From assembly GCA_964454175.1 (NCBI GenBank), contig CAYVSA010000026.1, forward strand, positions 1-13,411: a DNA stretch of 13,411 nucleotides. Reading direction: 5' to 3'. Position numbers and translations under genes: made by a program. This DNA comes from an uncultured Pseudomonadota bacterium (GTDB taxonomy: Bacteria; BMS3Abin14). Positions 1 to 6,922 of this stretch are shown piece by piece. The notes under the pieces were generated by a model. The model worked only from the letters and a program-made list of their open reading frames with translations, was not told the DNA's origin and searched no databases. Position 1 is the first letter of the stretch. The number at the start of each line of letters is the position of its first letter.

Positions 1-1260
1 GGCAGGGGGGGGACAGGTGCGGTAATGGGGGCCAAAAAGCTCAAGGCAGTGGTCGTAAACGGTTCAGGGAAAGTTGAAGTTGCCGACAGGCCCCGCCTGA
101 AGGCTGTCCTTGAAGAATCCAACAGGTGGCTGAGGGCACATCCTGTCACTTCCAAAGCGCTGCCCGTTTTGGGTACGCCCATGCTCGTGAAGATCTGCTC
201 AGAAGCGGGTATTTTCCCGATGGCCAACTTCCAGGAAGTTGCGGTAGGCGAATCCGAGGCCTACTCAGGTGAGAGGTTGGCTGCAGATTTCACGGTGGGA
301 CGAAGCGGATGTGTCGGATGCTACATCAGGTGCGGCAGGGTCACCAGGGCTGGCGGGATTGAAGGAGAGGGCCCGGAGTATGAGAGCCTCTGGGCTCTGG
401 GGCCTGATCTTCTCATAAGTGATCTTGAAACGGTGATCAGGGCGTCGCATCTTTGCAACGAGCTGGGCATGGACACTATTTCCGCCGGTGCGACAATGGC
501 GTGCGCCATGGAACTGTCCCAGCGAGGCATCAGGAAATCTACGCTTAAGTTCGGTGGCGGCGAAGACGTCCTTGATATGCTGAATAAGATCGCTGCACGG
601 ACAGGGGAGGGGGATGAGCTTGCCGAGGGCTCAAGGCACATTGCAGAAGCCAGCGGCGCACCGCAGTTTGCCATGCAGGTCAAGGGGATGGAGCTTCCCG
701 GCTACGATCCAAGGGGTGCCCAGGGTCAGGGGCTTGCCTATGCAACCTCCAGCAGGGGCGGGTGCCATTTAAGGGGCGGCTATCTTATAGCCAGGGAGAT
801 ACTGGGAATACCCAAAAAAGTTCCAGGCCGTATCGTGATGGGTAAGGGAGGTCATGTTGCAAGGGCCCAGGATTTCGGGGCAGTAGCCGACTCCCTTTCC
901 GCCTGCAGATTCGCCACTTTCGCCGTTTCCCAGGAGTACTGGTCGAGAATGGTCCATGCGGTGACAGGGTGGGAGATATCCGGAGAGGAACTGATGCTCG
1001 CCGGAGAGAGGATAGTAAATCTGGAACGGATCTTGAATGTTGACAGGGGCATCGGGCCGGAGGAAGATACGCTGCCTCCAAGGCTTCTCGATGAACCACT
1101 CTCCCATGGACCCTGTGCGGGCGAGGTGGTGAGGCTCCCGGAACTGCTGGAAGAGTACTACGCTCACCGGAGCTGGGATAATGGTGTTCCAACGATGGAA
1201 AAGAAAAAGGAGTTAGGCCTTGAAAAAGATGGAAGGAGAGTCCTGGGACAGGCTGGTTGA
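1..1260 (+). CDS. aor: Aldehyde:ferredoxin oxidoreductase (W/Mo-pterin AOR family), 5'-truncated
   Basis: Frame is open from base 1 (GRGGTGAVMGAKKLKA), so the ATG at 25 is internal. AOR motifs: GRGG.GAVMG.K.LKA, CxxCxxxC (CVGCYIRC), GPEYES, CNELGMDTIS, KGMELPGYDPR, GLAYATSSRGGCH, DTLPPR, EYY..R.W..GVPT....ELGL. Confidence 0.93.
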   Translation, partial: GRGGTGAVMGAKKLKAVVVNGSGKVEVADRPRLKAVLEESNRWLRAHPVTSKALPVLGTPMLVKICSEAGIFPMANFQEVAVGESEAYSGERLAADFTVGRSGCVGCYIRCGRVTRAGGIEGEGPEYESLWALGPDLLISDLETVIRASHLCNELGMDTISAGATMACAMELSQRGIRKSTLKFGGGEDVLDMLNKIAARTGEGDELAEGSRHIAEASGAPQFAMQVKGMELPGYDPRGAQGQGLAYATSSRGGCHLRGGYLIAREILGIPKKVPGRIVMGKGGHVARAQDFGAVADSLSACRFATFAVSQEYWSRMVHAVTGWEISGEELMLAGERIVNLERILNVDRGIGPEEDTLPPRLLDEPLSHGPCAGEVVRLPELLEEYYAHRSWDNGVPTMEKKKELGLEKDGRRVLGQAG

Positions 1261-1846
1261 GGAGTTCGCATTGGCAGGAAGTACCCTGTTTGCTGCAGGA
1301 CTCAACAACTCCCACAGCGGCAACCTCAGTGTAAGGCTTGGCGGCAGGCTCGTTATTACCAGGCGGGGCTCGATGCTGGGCCGTTTGAGCACAGAGGACC
1401 TCGTGTCGGTCGGCCTGGATGAGGACGATAGCGGTATTGCACTGGCCTCTACAGAGGTGAATGTACACAGGAGCATTTACAGGTCAACTTCGGCACTGGC
1501 GGTTGTCCACACTCACCCGAGGTCGGCCACTGCCCTCTCCCTGTCCGGGAGGGATATCGTGCCGGTGGACGTTGAGGGACGCTATTATTTCAAACGTGTA
1601 CCCGTCCTGGGTGTAAAAAGGGCTATTGGCTCTGAAGAACTGGAATCTGAGCTTCCCGTACTGCTGAAGGACTTCCCCATTGTGGTAGTCAAGGGGCACG
1701 GCGCATTCGCAGTAGGCGGCAGCCTGGAGGAGGGCCTGCAGATATCCCACTCCCTGGAGTGGTCCTGCGATATCATTCTCAGGTGCGCTGCGCTGGGCCT
1801 TTCAGTAAAAGACCTCCTTTCAGACGAGAAGCATGGAGATTGGTAG
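1220..1846 (+). CDS. Class II aldolase/adducin family protein (FucA-like)
   Basis: Motifs SGNLSVR, ASTE...H..IY, VVHTHP and KGHG supply the catalytic Glu and Zn-binding His residues. AGGAG at 1208-1212 lies 7 nt before the TTG at 1220; ATG at 1229 is an alternative start. Overlaps aor by 41 nt. Confidence 0.9.
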   Translation: MKKMEGESWDRLVEEFALAGSTLFAAGLNNSHSGNLSVRLGGRLVITRRGSMLGRLSTEDLVSVGLDEDDSGIALASTEVNVHRSIYRSTSALAVVHTHPRSATALSLSGRDIVPVDVEGRYYFKRVPVLGVKRAIGSEELESELPVLLKDFPIVVVKGHGAFAVGGSLEEGLQISHSLEWSCDIILRCAALGLSVKDLLSDEKHGDW

Positions 1847-3092
1847 GTTGCGCCTGAACGTGTTCAGACAGAATCAGCACCTTGGCGGATACCAGATCGG
1901 GACCCTTTCAGAGGTGAGGATCGGCAGAGGCAGATCCAACCAGGTCATCCTCCCCGATTCCACCGTGAGCCGTGACCACGCCAGGCTGATCCGGCAGGGG
2001 GAAGCATATCTCCTGATCGACCAGAGCAGAAACGGGACCTTGATAAATGGCAAGAAAGTAAACAACGTTCGCCTTGCCGGCGGTGACGAATTCGTTGTGG
2101 GGCCTTTTAAACTTCAGCTCGATGAGGACAGCTACGACTGGGACCGCGAGACTGAGAAAAATGGAGGGGACGGCCCGGAGACCTTCCACGGGATGATCGG
2201 TTCCTCGCACCTGATGAGGAATCTGTTCGAAATAATGAAGAGGGTCTCAGCGTCCGAGGGCACGGTTCTCATAATGGGTGAAACAGGAAGCGGGAAGGAG
2301 CTGGTTGCAAAGGCCGTTCACGAGCTCAGCAAGCGAAAAGAGGGCTCTTTCGTTGCCATAAACTGCGGGGCGATCTCTCCGGAACTGGTGGAGAGTGAGC
2401 TTTTCGGACACGAGAAAGGCTCCTTTACCGGGGCTGTAAAGGACAGAAAGGGAGCTTTCGAGCAGGCCGACGGGGGGACGCTTTTCCTGGACGAGATCGG
2501 CGAGCTTCCAACAGACCTCCAGCCCAAGCTTCTCAGGGTCCTTGAAGGGGGTGTCATCCGCAGGGTCGGTTCCCAGGCTGCAAGAGGTGTTGACGTCAGG
2601 ATCGTTGCTGCTACCCACAGGGACCTTAAGGAAGAGGTGGAAAAAGGCAGGTTCAGGGCAGACCTTCTGTACAGGCTTTTCGTCCTGCCGCTTTTCGTCC
2701 CGCCGCTGAGGAAGAGGAAGGGTGACCTCCAGATCCTGGCAGCCCATTTTATGGGAGGAGGCAGGGAGCTTGACGAAGAAGCCGGAGGTCTCCTTGCCGG
2801 ACACAGCTGGCCGGGCAACGTCCGGGAATTAAAGAATGTTCTAGAGCGTGCATGTATTATGAGGGCTGAGGGGCTGATACAGGCTGAAGACCTCGTTTTT
2901 CTCAAGGAAGAAGGCGCTGAACCGGAATATCTTGTCGAACGATCGCTGGAAGATCTGGAGAAAATGTATTACTCGAAGGCCCTGAAGAAAACCGGCGGGA
3001 GCATAAGAGCCGCGGCAAAGACCCTGGGTATCCCCAAATCAACTTTCTTCGACAGGGTTAAGAAGTATGGTTTGACGGAGGATGAGGAATAA
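1833..3092 (+). CDS. FHA-domain sigma54-dependent enhancer-binding protein (FHA-AAA+-Fis HTH)
   Basis: FHA motifs IGRG, VSRDHA, SRNGTLING. Walker A GETGSGKE, ESELFGHEKGSFTGA (GAFTGA variant), Walker B LFLDEIG, FRADLLYRL, WPGNVRELKN. C-terminal HTH AAKTLGIPKST. Confidence 0.93.
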   Translation: MEIGRLRLNVFRQNQHLGGYQIGTLSEVRIGRGRSNQVILPDSTVSRDHARLIRQGEAYLLIDQSRNGTLINGKKVNNVRLAGGDEFVVGPFKLQLDEDSYDWDRETEKNGGDGPETFHGMIGSSHLMRNLFEIMKRVSASEGTVLIMGETGSGKELVAKAVHELSKRKEGSFVAINCGAISPELVESELFGHEKGSFTGAVKDRKGAFEQADGGTLFLDEIGELPTDLQPKLLRVLEGGVIRRVGSQAARGVDVRIVAATHRDLKEEVEKGRFRADLLYRLFVLPLFVPPLRKRKGDLQILAAHFMGGGRELDEEAGGLLAGHSWPGNVRELKNVLERACIMRAEGLIQAEDLVFLKEEGAEPEYLVERSLEDLEKMYYSKALKKTGGSIRAAAKTLGIPKSTFFDRVKKYGLTEDEE

Positions 3093-3096
3093 CCAC

Positions 3097-3209
3097 GTCC
3101 AAGGCCCAAGGTCCAATGTGATGCGTAATGCGTGCTTAGTAATTAGTGATTGGTGATTAGTAGAACCAGGCAACATGCTTTAGCCCATTGCCCATAGCCA
3201 ATTGCCGGA
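3097..3209. repeat. Degenerate heptamer tandem tracts between convergent genes
   Basis: 3097-3166: GTCCAAG GCCCAAG GTCCAAT GTGATGC GTAATGC GTGCTTA GTAATTA GTGATTG GTGATTA GTAGAAC. 3182-3209: AGCCCAT TGCCCAT AGCCAAT TGCCGGA. Confidence 0.8.
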
Positions 3210-3220
3210 TTTTCCAATAT

Positions 3221-3712
3221 CTAATTTCTGACTTTCCTGACAGCCTTCAGGGCCTCAACATCGGAGGCATCCTGCTTCCTGCTGGATCCCGATTTCCATA
3301 CTATCAAGTCATCCAGCGAAAGGACCGGTATGGTGAGTTCCCCGAAGGGAACCTCCTTTTTTCCGGCATGGATCTCCCTGAAATCTACGGGCGGGTCAAG
3401 AAGTATGTCGATCCTTTTTGATGGGTTGGAACTGGAGATGAAGGTAAAGACCGTGAGTCCCTTGTCATCGACCAACGAAGATCTCTTCTTCGCTTTTAAC
3501 AGTTCGTCATAGTCAAGGGGCGGCTTGGGTACGAACTCGAGATGTTCGAAGGCGCTGAAAACTTTCTTGATGTTGGCAGGTTTGAAGTCGACACAAAGAT
3601 CCAGGTATCCCACAGTCCTGGGAATGCCGTGGAGGTTCATTGCCAATCCTCCGACTACCAGGTAGCAAACTCCATGTTCATTGAATGCAGTAAAAACACC
3701 CCCAAAATCCAT
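3221..3712 (-). CDS. Small nucleotidyltransferase-fold protein (DUF6036/AbiEii-related type) with degenerate DxD motif
   Basis: YLVVGGLAMNLHGIPRTVGYLDL, RIDIL, IPVLSLDDLIVWK.GS.RKQD.SDV match the layout GG.A...HG..R.T.DxD ... K....R.kD..D. Start placed at ATG 3712 (MDFGGVF) rather than 3790 because the family-like sequence begins there and a promoter match lies just upstream. Confidence 0.8.
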   Translation of the reverse strand: MDFGGVFTAFNEHGVCYLVVGGLAMNLHGIPRTVGYLDLCVDFKPANIKKVFSAFEHLEFVPKPPLDYDELLKAKKRSSLVDDKGLTVFTFISSSNPSKRIDILLDPPVDFREIHAGKKEVPFGELTIPVLSLDDLIVWKSGSSRKQDASDVEALKAVRKVRN

Positions 3713-3718
3713 ATCACA

Positions 3719-3747
3719 AGTATGTTTTAGATGCTTTTCCCAGTCAA
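3719..3747 (-). promoter_or_regulatory. Putative sigma70 promoter of the NTase gene (leaderless configuration)
   Basis: Minus strand: TTGACT (3747-3742), 17 nt, CATACT (3724-3719), 6 nt, ATG (3712). No SD sequence. Confidence 0.5.
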
Positions 3748-3795
3748 GGGGCTTTAGTATGGCAAATAGTGATGGTGAAAGGTAGTCCATGTTTC

Positions 3796-3923
3796 AGTCC
3801 CTAGCCCCAGGCCCCAGGTTGGTCGCTTCGCTCCAGTCCCATATCCCAGTGTTGATGTTTGACCTGGCCTCCAGTTAATTGTTTCTCGTTTCTGGTAATA
3901 AATACTACCTGGGACCTGGAACT
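3796..3923. repeat. Heptamer tracts forming an inverted repeat
   Basis: AGTCCCT AGCCCCA GGCCCCA; AGTCCCA TATCCCA; GTTTCTC GTTTCTG; ACCTGGG ACCTGGA. Arms 3803-3819 and 3907-3923 are inverted, 14/17 identical. Confidence 0.7.
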
Positions 3924-3959
3924 GCAGCCATGGGCTGCCACCTGGAATTCGCTCAACGA

Positions 3960-5492
3960 TCAATCCCCCATCCTGACAACCACCGGGTCGTTTTTCCCTT
4001 CTGATACTTTAATGGTAACCGTTTTGTCGATGCCCAGGACCTCGTTACTGAATTTCAGGTCTCTGGTGCCCGTTGGGATGCCCTGAAGGATAAGGGGTGT
4101 TGTGCCCATAAGTTTGTTGTTAAAGTAAACTCTCGCCCACGGCGCTGCACTTACGGGAACGGAACCGACCGGCAGGGGCACAAGAATGACCGTGCGCACG
4201 GGTCCTCCAGCCGCGGGGTCCAGTGTAAATTCCGCTGGTTCGTACCCGTACATGCCCGCCTTGATCCTGAGAGGGCCCCCGGTTACTCTTGTTTCCAGCG
4301 TGGCGGGTGATAGACCTGCTGCATTCCCATCGACAGAAATTTCAGCACCGGGTGGATCAGTTACGATGGTGATCTGGCGAGGCGTAGAAACGGTCGCTTT
4401 GCTGGAAGGTTTCCCGGATGATGAAATAGAGGGGTCCCCCGGCACCTTGACTGCTGCGGACGGCCACAGCAGGTAGGCAGACAGGCCCAGGAGAAGCAAT
4501 ATCCCTCCTGCGGCCAGGGGGAGGCTTCTCCTTACGGCGTTTACAAGCGTAGGTGCAGTAAGTGATGTAAGTTCTCTCGCTGTTAACGGTTTCTTCGCTT
4601 CCGCGAGTTTTCCCAGAAGGCGGTCTGCGTTTGCTTCCAGGTGAGGTTCCAGTGCCGATATCAGTTCATCTGTGTTCTCGGGCCTGTCCTGGGGGGCTCT
4701 TGCAAGGAGCCTCTCAACCGCAGCTGAAACAGCTTCAGGAAGATCCGGGCTGAGTTCTGACAGGGAAACGTGTCTGGCCACGCTGACTGCCTCCATGGTG
4801 GATTCACGTGTGGAGGCCAGGAATGGGTGTTTCCCGGACAGCAGTTGGCAGGCTATCGTGCCGAGTGAAAAAAGATCGCTCGATTTATCAGGAACCTTCC
4901 CCTCTACCTGCTCGGGAGACATGTAGGAGGCTTTCCCCATGAGAGCACTCCTGGCGCCCGGGTCATCGGTAACGGCCCTTGCTATACCGAAATCAGCTAT
5001 CTTAACCTCGCCGACAGTGGAGATGAGGACGTTATGAGGACTCAGATCCTGATGGATGATGCTGGTTCCTGCTCCGGAAGTGCCTTCTGTTGAATGAGCG
5101 TAGTCGATACCCCTTGCGATACGGTGGATCACAAGGTAGGCAGCTTTACGTGGCATCATTTCACTGCCCTCGAGCCTCTTGATCAGGGAACGAAGGTCAG
5201 TTCCCTTCACGTATTCCATCAACAGAAAATCGGTCTCACCGATACGGCCGTATTCATAGACTGACACGATGTTCGGGTGGTGCAGAGCGGCGGCGAGACG
5301 GGCTTCCCTGGAAAACAGGTCGCGGAAGGTCGCATCGCTGGATAGGCGCGGCAGGATCAGCTTGATGGCTACTTCCCGCTCAAACTGATCAGGACCACTT
5401 ATCTTAGCTAGGAAGACCTCACCCATGCCGCCCACACCGAGCTTTTCAATGAGCCTGAACCGGCCGAACTCCCTTGGCAGGGTTTCTGACAA
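3960..5492 (-). CDS. Hanks-type Ser/Thr protein kinase with one TM helix and C-terminal PEGA domain(s)
   Basis: LGVGGMGEVF, VAIK, alphaC Glu (FSREA), IIHQDLSPHNVL, DFG, GKASYMSPEQ, SDLFSLG. TM segment LPLAAGGILLLLGLSAYLLW. PEGA-like IVTDPPGAEISVDG...G.SP and PWARVYFNNKLMGTTPL. Start placed at TTG 5492 (GGGAGG 6 nt upstream) rather than the ORF-track GTG at 5591. Confidence 0.92.
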   Translation of the reverse strand: MSETLPREFGRFRLIEKLGVGGMGEVFLAKISGPDQFEREVAIKLILPRLSSDATFRDLFSREARLAAALHHPNIVSVYEYGRIGETDFLLMEYVKGTDLRSLIKRLEGSEMMPRKAAYLVIHRIARGIDYAHSTEGTSGAGTSIIHQDLSPHNVLISTVGEVKIADFGIARAVTDDPGARSALMGKASYMSPEQVEGKVPDKSSDLFSLGTIACQLLSGKHPFLASTRESTMEAVSVARHVSLSELSPDLPEAVSAAVERLLARAPQDRPENTDELISALEPHLEANADRLLGKLAEAKKPLTARELTSLTAPTLVNAVRRSLPLAAGGILLLLGLSAYLLWPSAAVKVPGDPSISSSGKPSSKATVSTPRQITIVTDPPGAEISVDGNAAGLSPATLETRVTGGPLRIKAGMYGYEPAEFTLDPAAGGPVRTVILVPLPVGSVPVSAAPWARVYFNNKLMGTTPLILQGIPTGTRDLKFSNEVLGIDKTVTIKVSEGKNDPVVVRMGD

Positions 5493-5650
5493 AATTTTCC
5501 TCCCGACTGGGACTGCGTTGTTTAAAGGATCAATATATCGGCTGCTTGAAATAGTTTCTAGTTTCTTGTTCAAGGCATTACTCTGCGGCACTTAGCGATA
5601 CGCTCGGATGGGCGCCCAGCGGCTTCCTGCGTTACAGGCTCTTGTCTCTA

Positions 5651-5806
5651 TCCAGCCTTCGGCTGGAGTCCCAGGACCCAGGCCCCAAGACCCAAGTTAA
5701 AGTCAACGTTCCAAGTTTCAAGTTCCAGGTTACAGTGACTCACCCTCACCTGGCCTCTCCCATCATCAATCTTCGCTAAAGCTGCGACCTGACAAGGGGG
5801 AGAGGG
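5651..5806. repeat. Composite intergenic repeat: hairpin, heptamer tract and boxC/REP-like palindrome
   Basis: Hairpin TCCAGCC-TTC-GGCTGGA (5651-5667). TCCCAGG ACCCAGG CCCCAAG ACCCAAG (5669-5696). TTCCAAG TTTCAAG TTCCAGG (5709-5729). CCCTCACC-TGG-CCTCTCCC ... GGGAGAGGG (5743-5806). Confidence 0.7.
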
Positions 5807-5856
5807 ATAAACGCCGATACTCCTGCCTCCTGTCTGAGTTCGTTGTTGCCATCGAT

Positions 5857-5885
5857 TTGACTTTTCTTCTTTATATTTGTAGCTT
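5857..5885 (+). promoter_or_regulatory. Putative sigma70 promoter of the PHP gene
   Basis: TTGACT (5857-5862), 17 nt, TAGCTT (5880-5885). SD AGGAGG at 5908-5913. Confidence 0.55.
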
Positions 5886-5918
5886 TGCACTCCTGCAAAT
5901 CCGGACCAGGAGGTTCAT

Positions 5919-6764
5919 TTGATAGATCTTCACACGCACAGCACAGCTTCGGATGGAACACTCGAGCCTGCAGCACTCATTAACGAGGCTGTCCGGCGCG
6001 GTGTCACTGTCCTGGCCCTCACAGACCACGACACCCTGTCCGGCCTTTCGGAGGCTTATGATGAGTCCAAAGGGCATGACCTGAAGTTCATCCCGGGCAT
6101 TGAGTTAAGCGCCGACTACTACCCTGGTACCATGCACATGCTGGGCTACTACGTAGATCCGTCCGACGCCGTGCTCGGTGAAAAGCTGACCTGGCTGAGG
6201 GACGGAAGAAACAGAAGAAATTCTGTGATCCTGGAAAAGCTCACTAAAGCCGGGTGCCCCATGGATATGGCTGATCTCGACAAGTATGCTTTAGGCGAGA
6301 GTGTGGGAAGACCGCACATAGCAAGAGCGATGGTGGAAAAAGGTTACGTAAAAACCGAAGAAGAGGCATTTAACCGTTTTCTGGCAAAGGGTGCAGCTGC
6401 CTATGCCAACAAGGAGAGGACCACACCGGCCCAGGCTATTGAACTGATCCTGGGTGCCGGCGGCCTGCCTGTATTAGCTCACCCCCAGACCCTGGATCTG
6501 GACAGCAGGGAACTTCTGGCTCTTGTCGAAGACCTGGCGAAGTCAGGCCTTGTAGGGATCGAGACCTATTACTACAGCCACTCGGAGGAAGAAACAGTTC
6601 TTTACAAGTACATCGCAAAGGATCTGGGGTTGATCGTCACAGGTGGGACTGACTACCATGGGCCGGGGTTCAAGGGGATAGATCTGGGCAGGGGTCTCGG
6701 CGGAATGAAGGTTCCGGAAGAGGTCGTTGAAGGTCTTGAGAACGCGCTTTGTGCCAGAAGGTGA
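5919..6764 (+). CDS. PHP-domain phosphoesterase (YciV/TrpH/RNase AM-like)
   Basis: IDLHTHSTASDG, LALTDHDT, IPGIELS, HMLGY, GRPHIARA, VLAHP, GIETYY, TGGTDYHG. TTG start with AGGAGG 5 nt upstream. Confidence 0.93.
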   Translation: MIDLHTHSTASDGTLEPAALINEAVRRGVTVLALTDHDTLSGLSEAYDESKGHDLKFIPGIELSADYYPGTMHMLGYYVDPSDAVLGEKLTWLRDGRNRRNSVILEKLTKAGCPMDMADLDKYALGESVGRPHIARAMVEKGYVKTEEEAFNRFLAKGAAAYANKERTTPAQAIELILGAGGLPVLAHPQTLDLDSRELLALVEDLAKSGLVGIETYYYSHSEEETVLYKYIAKDLGLIVTGGTDYHGPGFKGIDLGRGLGGMKVPEEVVEGLENALCARR

Positions 6765-6766
6765 AG

Positions 6767-6795
6767 TTGACATTGTTGAAAACAAGGCATAGATT
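6767..6795 (+). promoter_or_regulatory. Sigma70 promoter upstream of the fmdB-family gene
   Basis: TTGACA (6767-6772), 17 nt, TAGATT (6790-6795). Predicted transcription start near 6801-6802. Confidence 0.7.
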
Positions 6796-6799
6796 TATA

Positions 6800-6922
6800 C
6801 AGTTGTCCCGAAACTGCCGAAGGGGTTGAGTACAGGCCCCGTTTAACAATGATGAACTATACAGCAGTCCATCGTGATGGTTTTCCACGACAGGGTTCGG
6901 GAATAAGCTGTTTGAGTACCAG
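6800..6922 (+). promoter_or_regulatory. Candidate structured 5' leader / cis-regulatory RNA, family unrecognised
   Basis: Nested stems: UCCCGAA/UUCGGGA (6806-12/6896-902), ACUGC/GCAGU (6813-17/6864-68), GGGGUU/GGCCCC (6822-27/6835-40), GUUUA/UGAAC (6841-45/6853-57), UCGUG/CACGA (6872-76/6886-90). Confidence 0.4.

Noticed and set aside
1258..1260. Selenocysteine readthrough at the aor TGA and other TGA stops
   Set aside because: The proteins are complete at their stops and the TGA codons do not fall at conserved Cys positions.
2415..2437. GSFTGA instead of GAFTGA as a sign of an inactive activator
   Set aside because: GSFTGA is a common functional variant, and the key Phe and Thr are retained.
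3097..5806. CRISPR array, integron attC sites or IS ends among the repeats
   Set aside because: No constant 23-47 nt repeats with spacers, no convincing RYYYAAC/GTTRRRY-bounded hairpins, and no cas, integrase or transposase gene.
5648..5890. 80-aa minus ORF, and likewise 3754..3963
   Set aside because: They translate the heptamer repeats (NLELETWN, LGLGAWVLG) and are most likely artefacts of low-complexity DNA.
6803..6870. SAM-I riboswitch or 6S RNA resemblance (GGCCC..GAUGAA..CAGCA)
   Set aside because: Lacks the AUC..GAG, GCAACC, GUGC and GAU core of SAM-I, and is too short and branched for 6S.
6870..6922. Fluoride riboswitch-like CGUG-AUGGUUUUC-CACG
   Set aside because: Only the first hairpin resembles it. 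The downstream AAACYGC and GCURAUGAC elements are missing, and no crcB or CLC gene follows.
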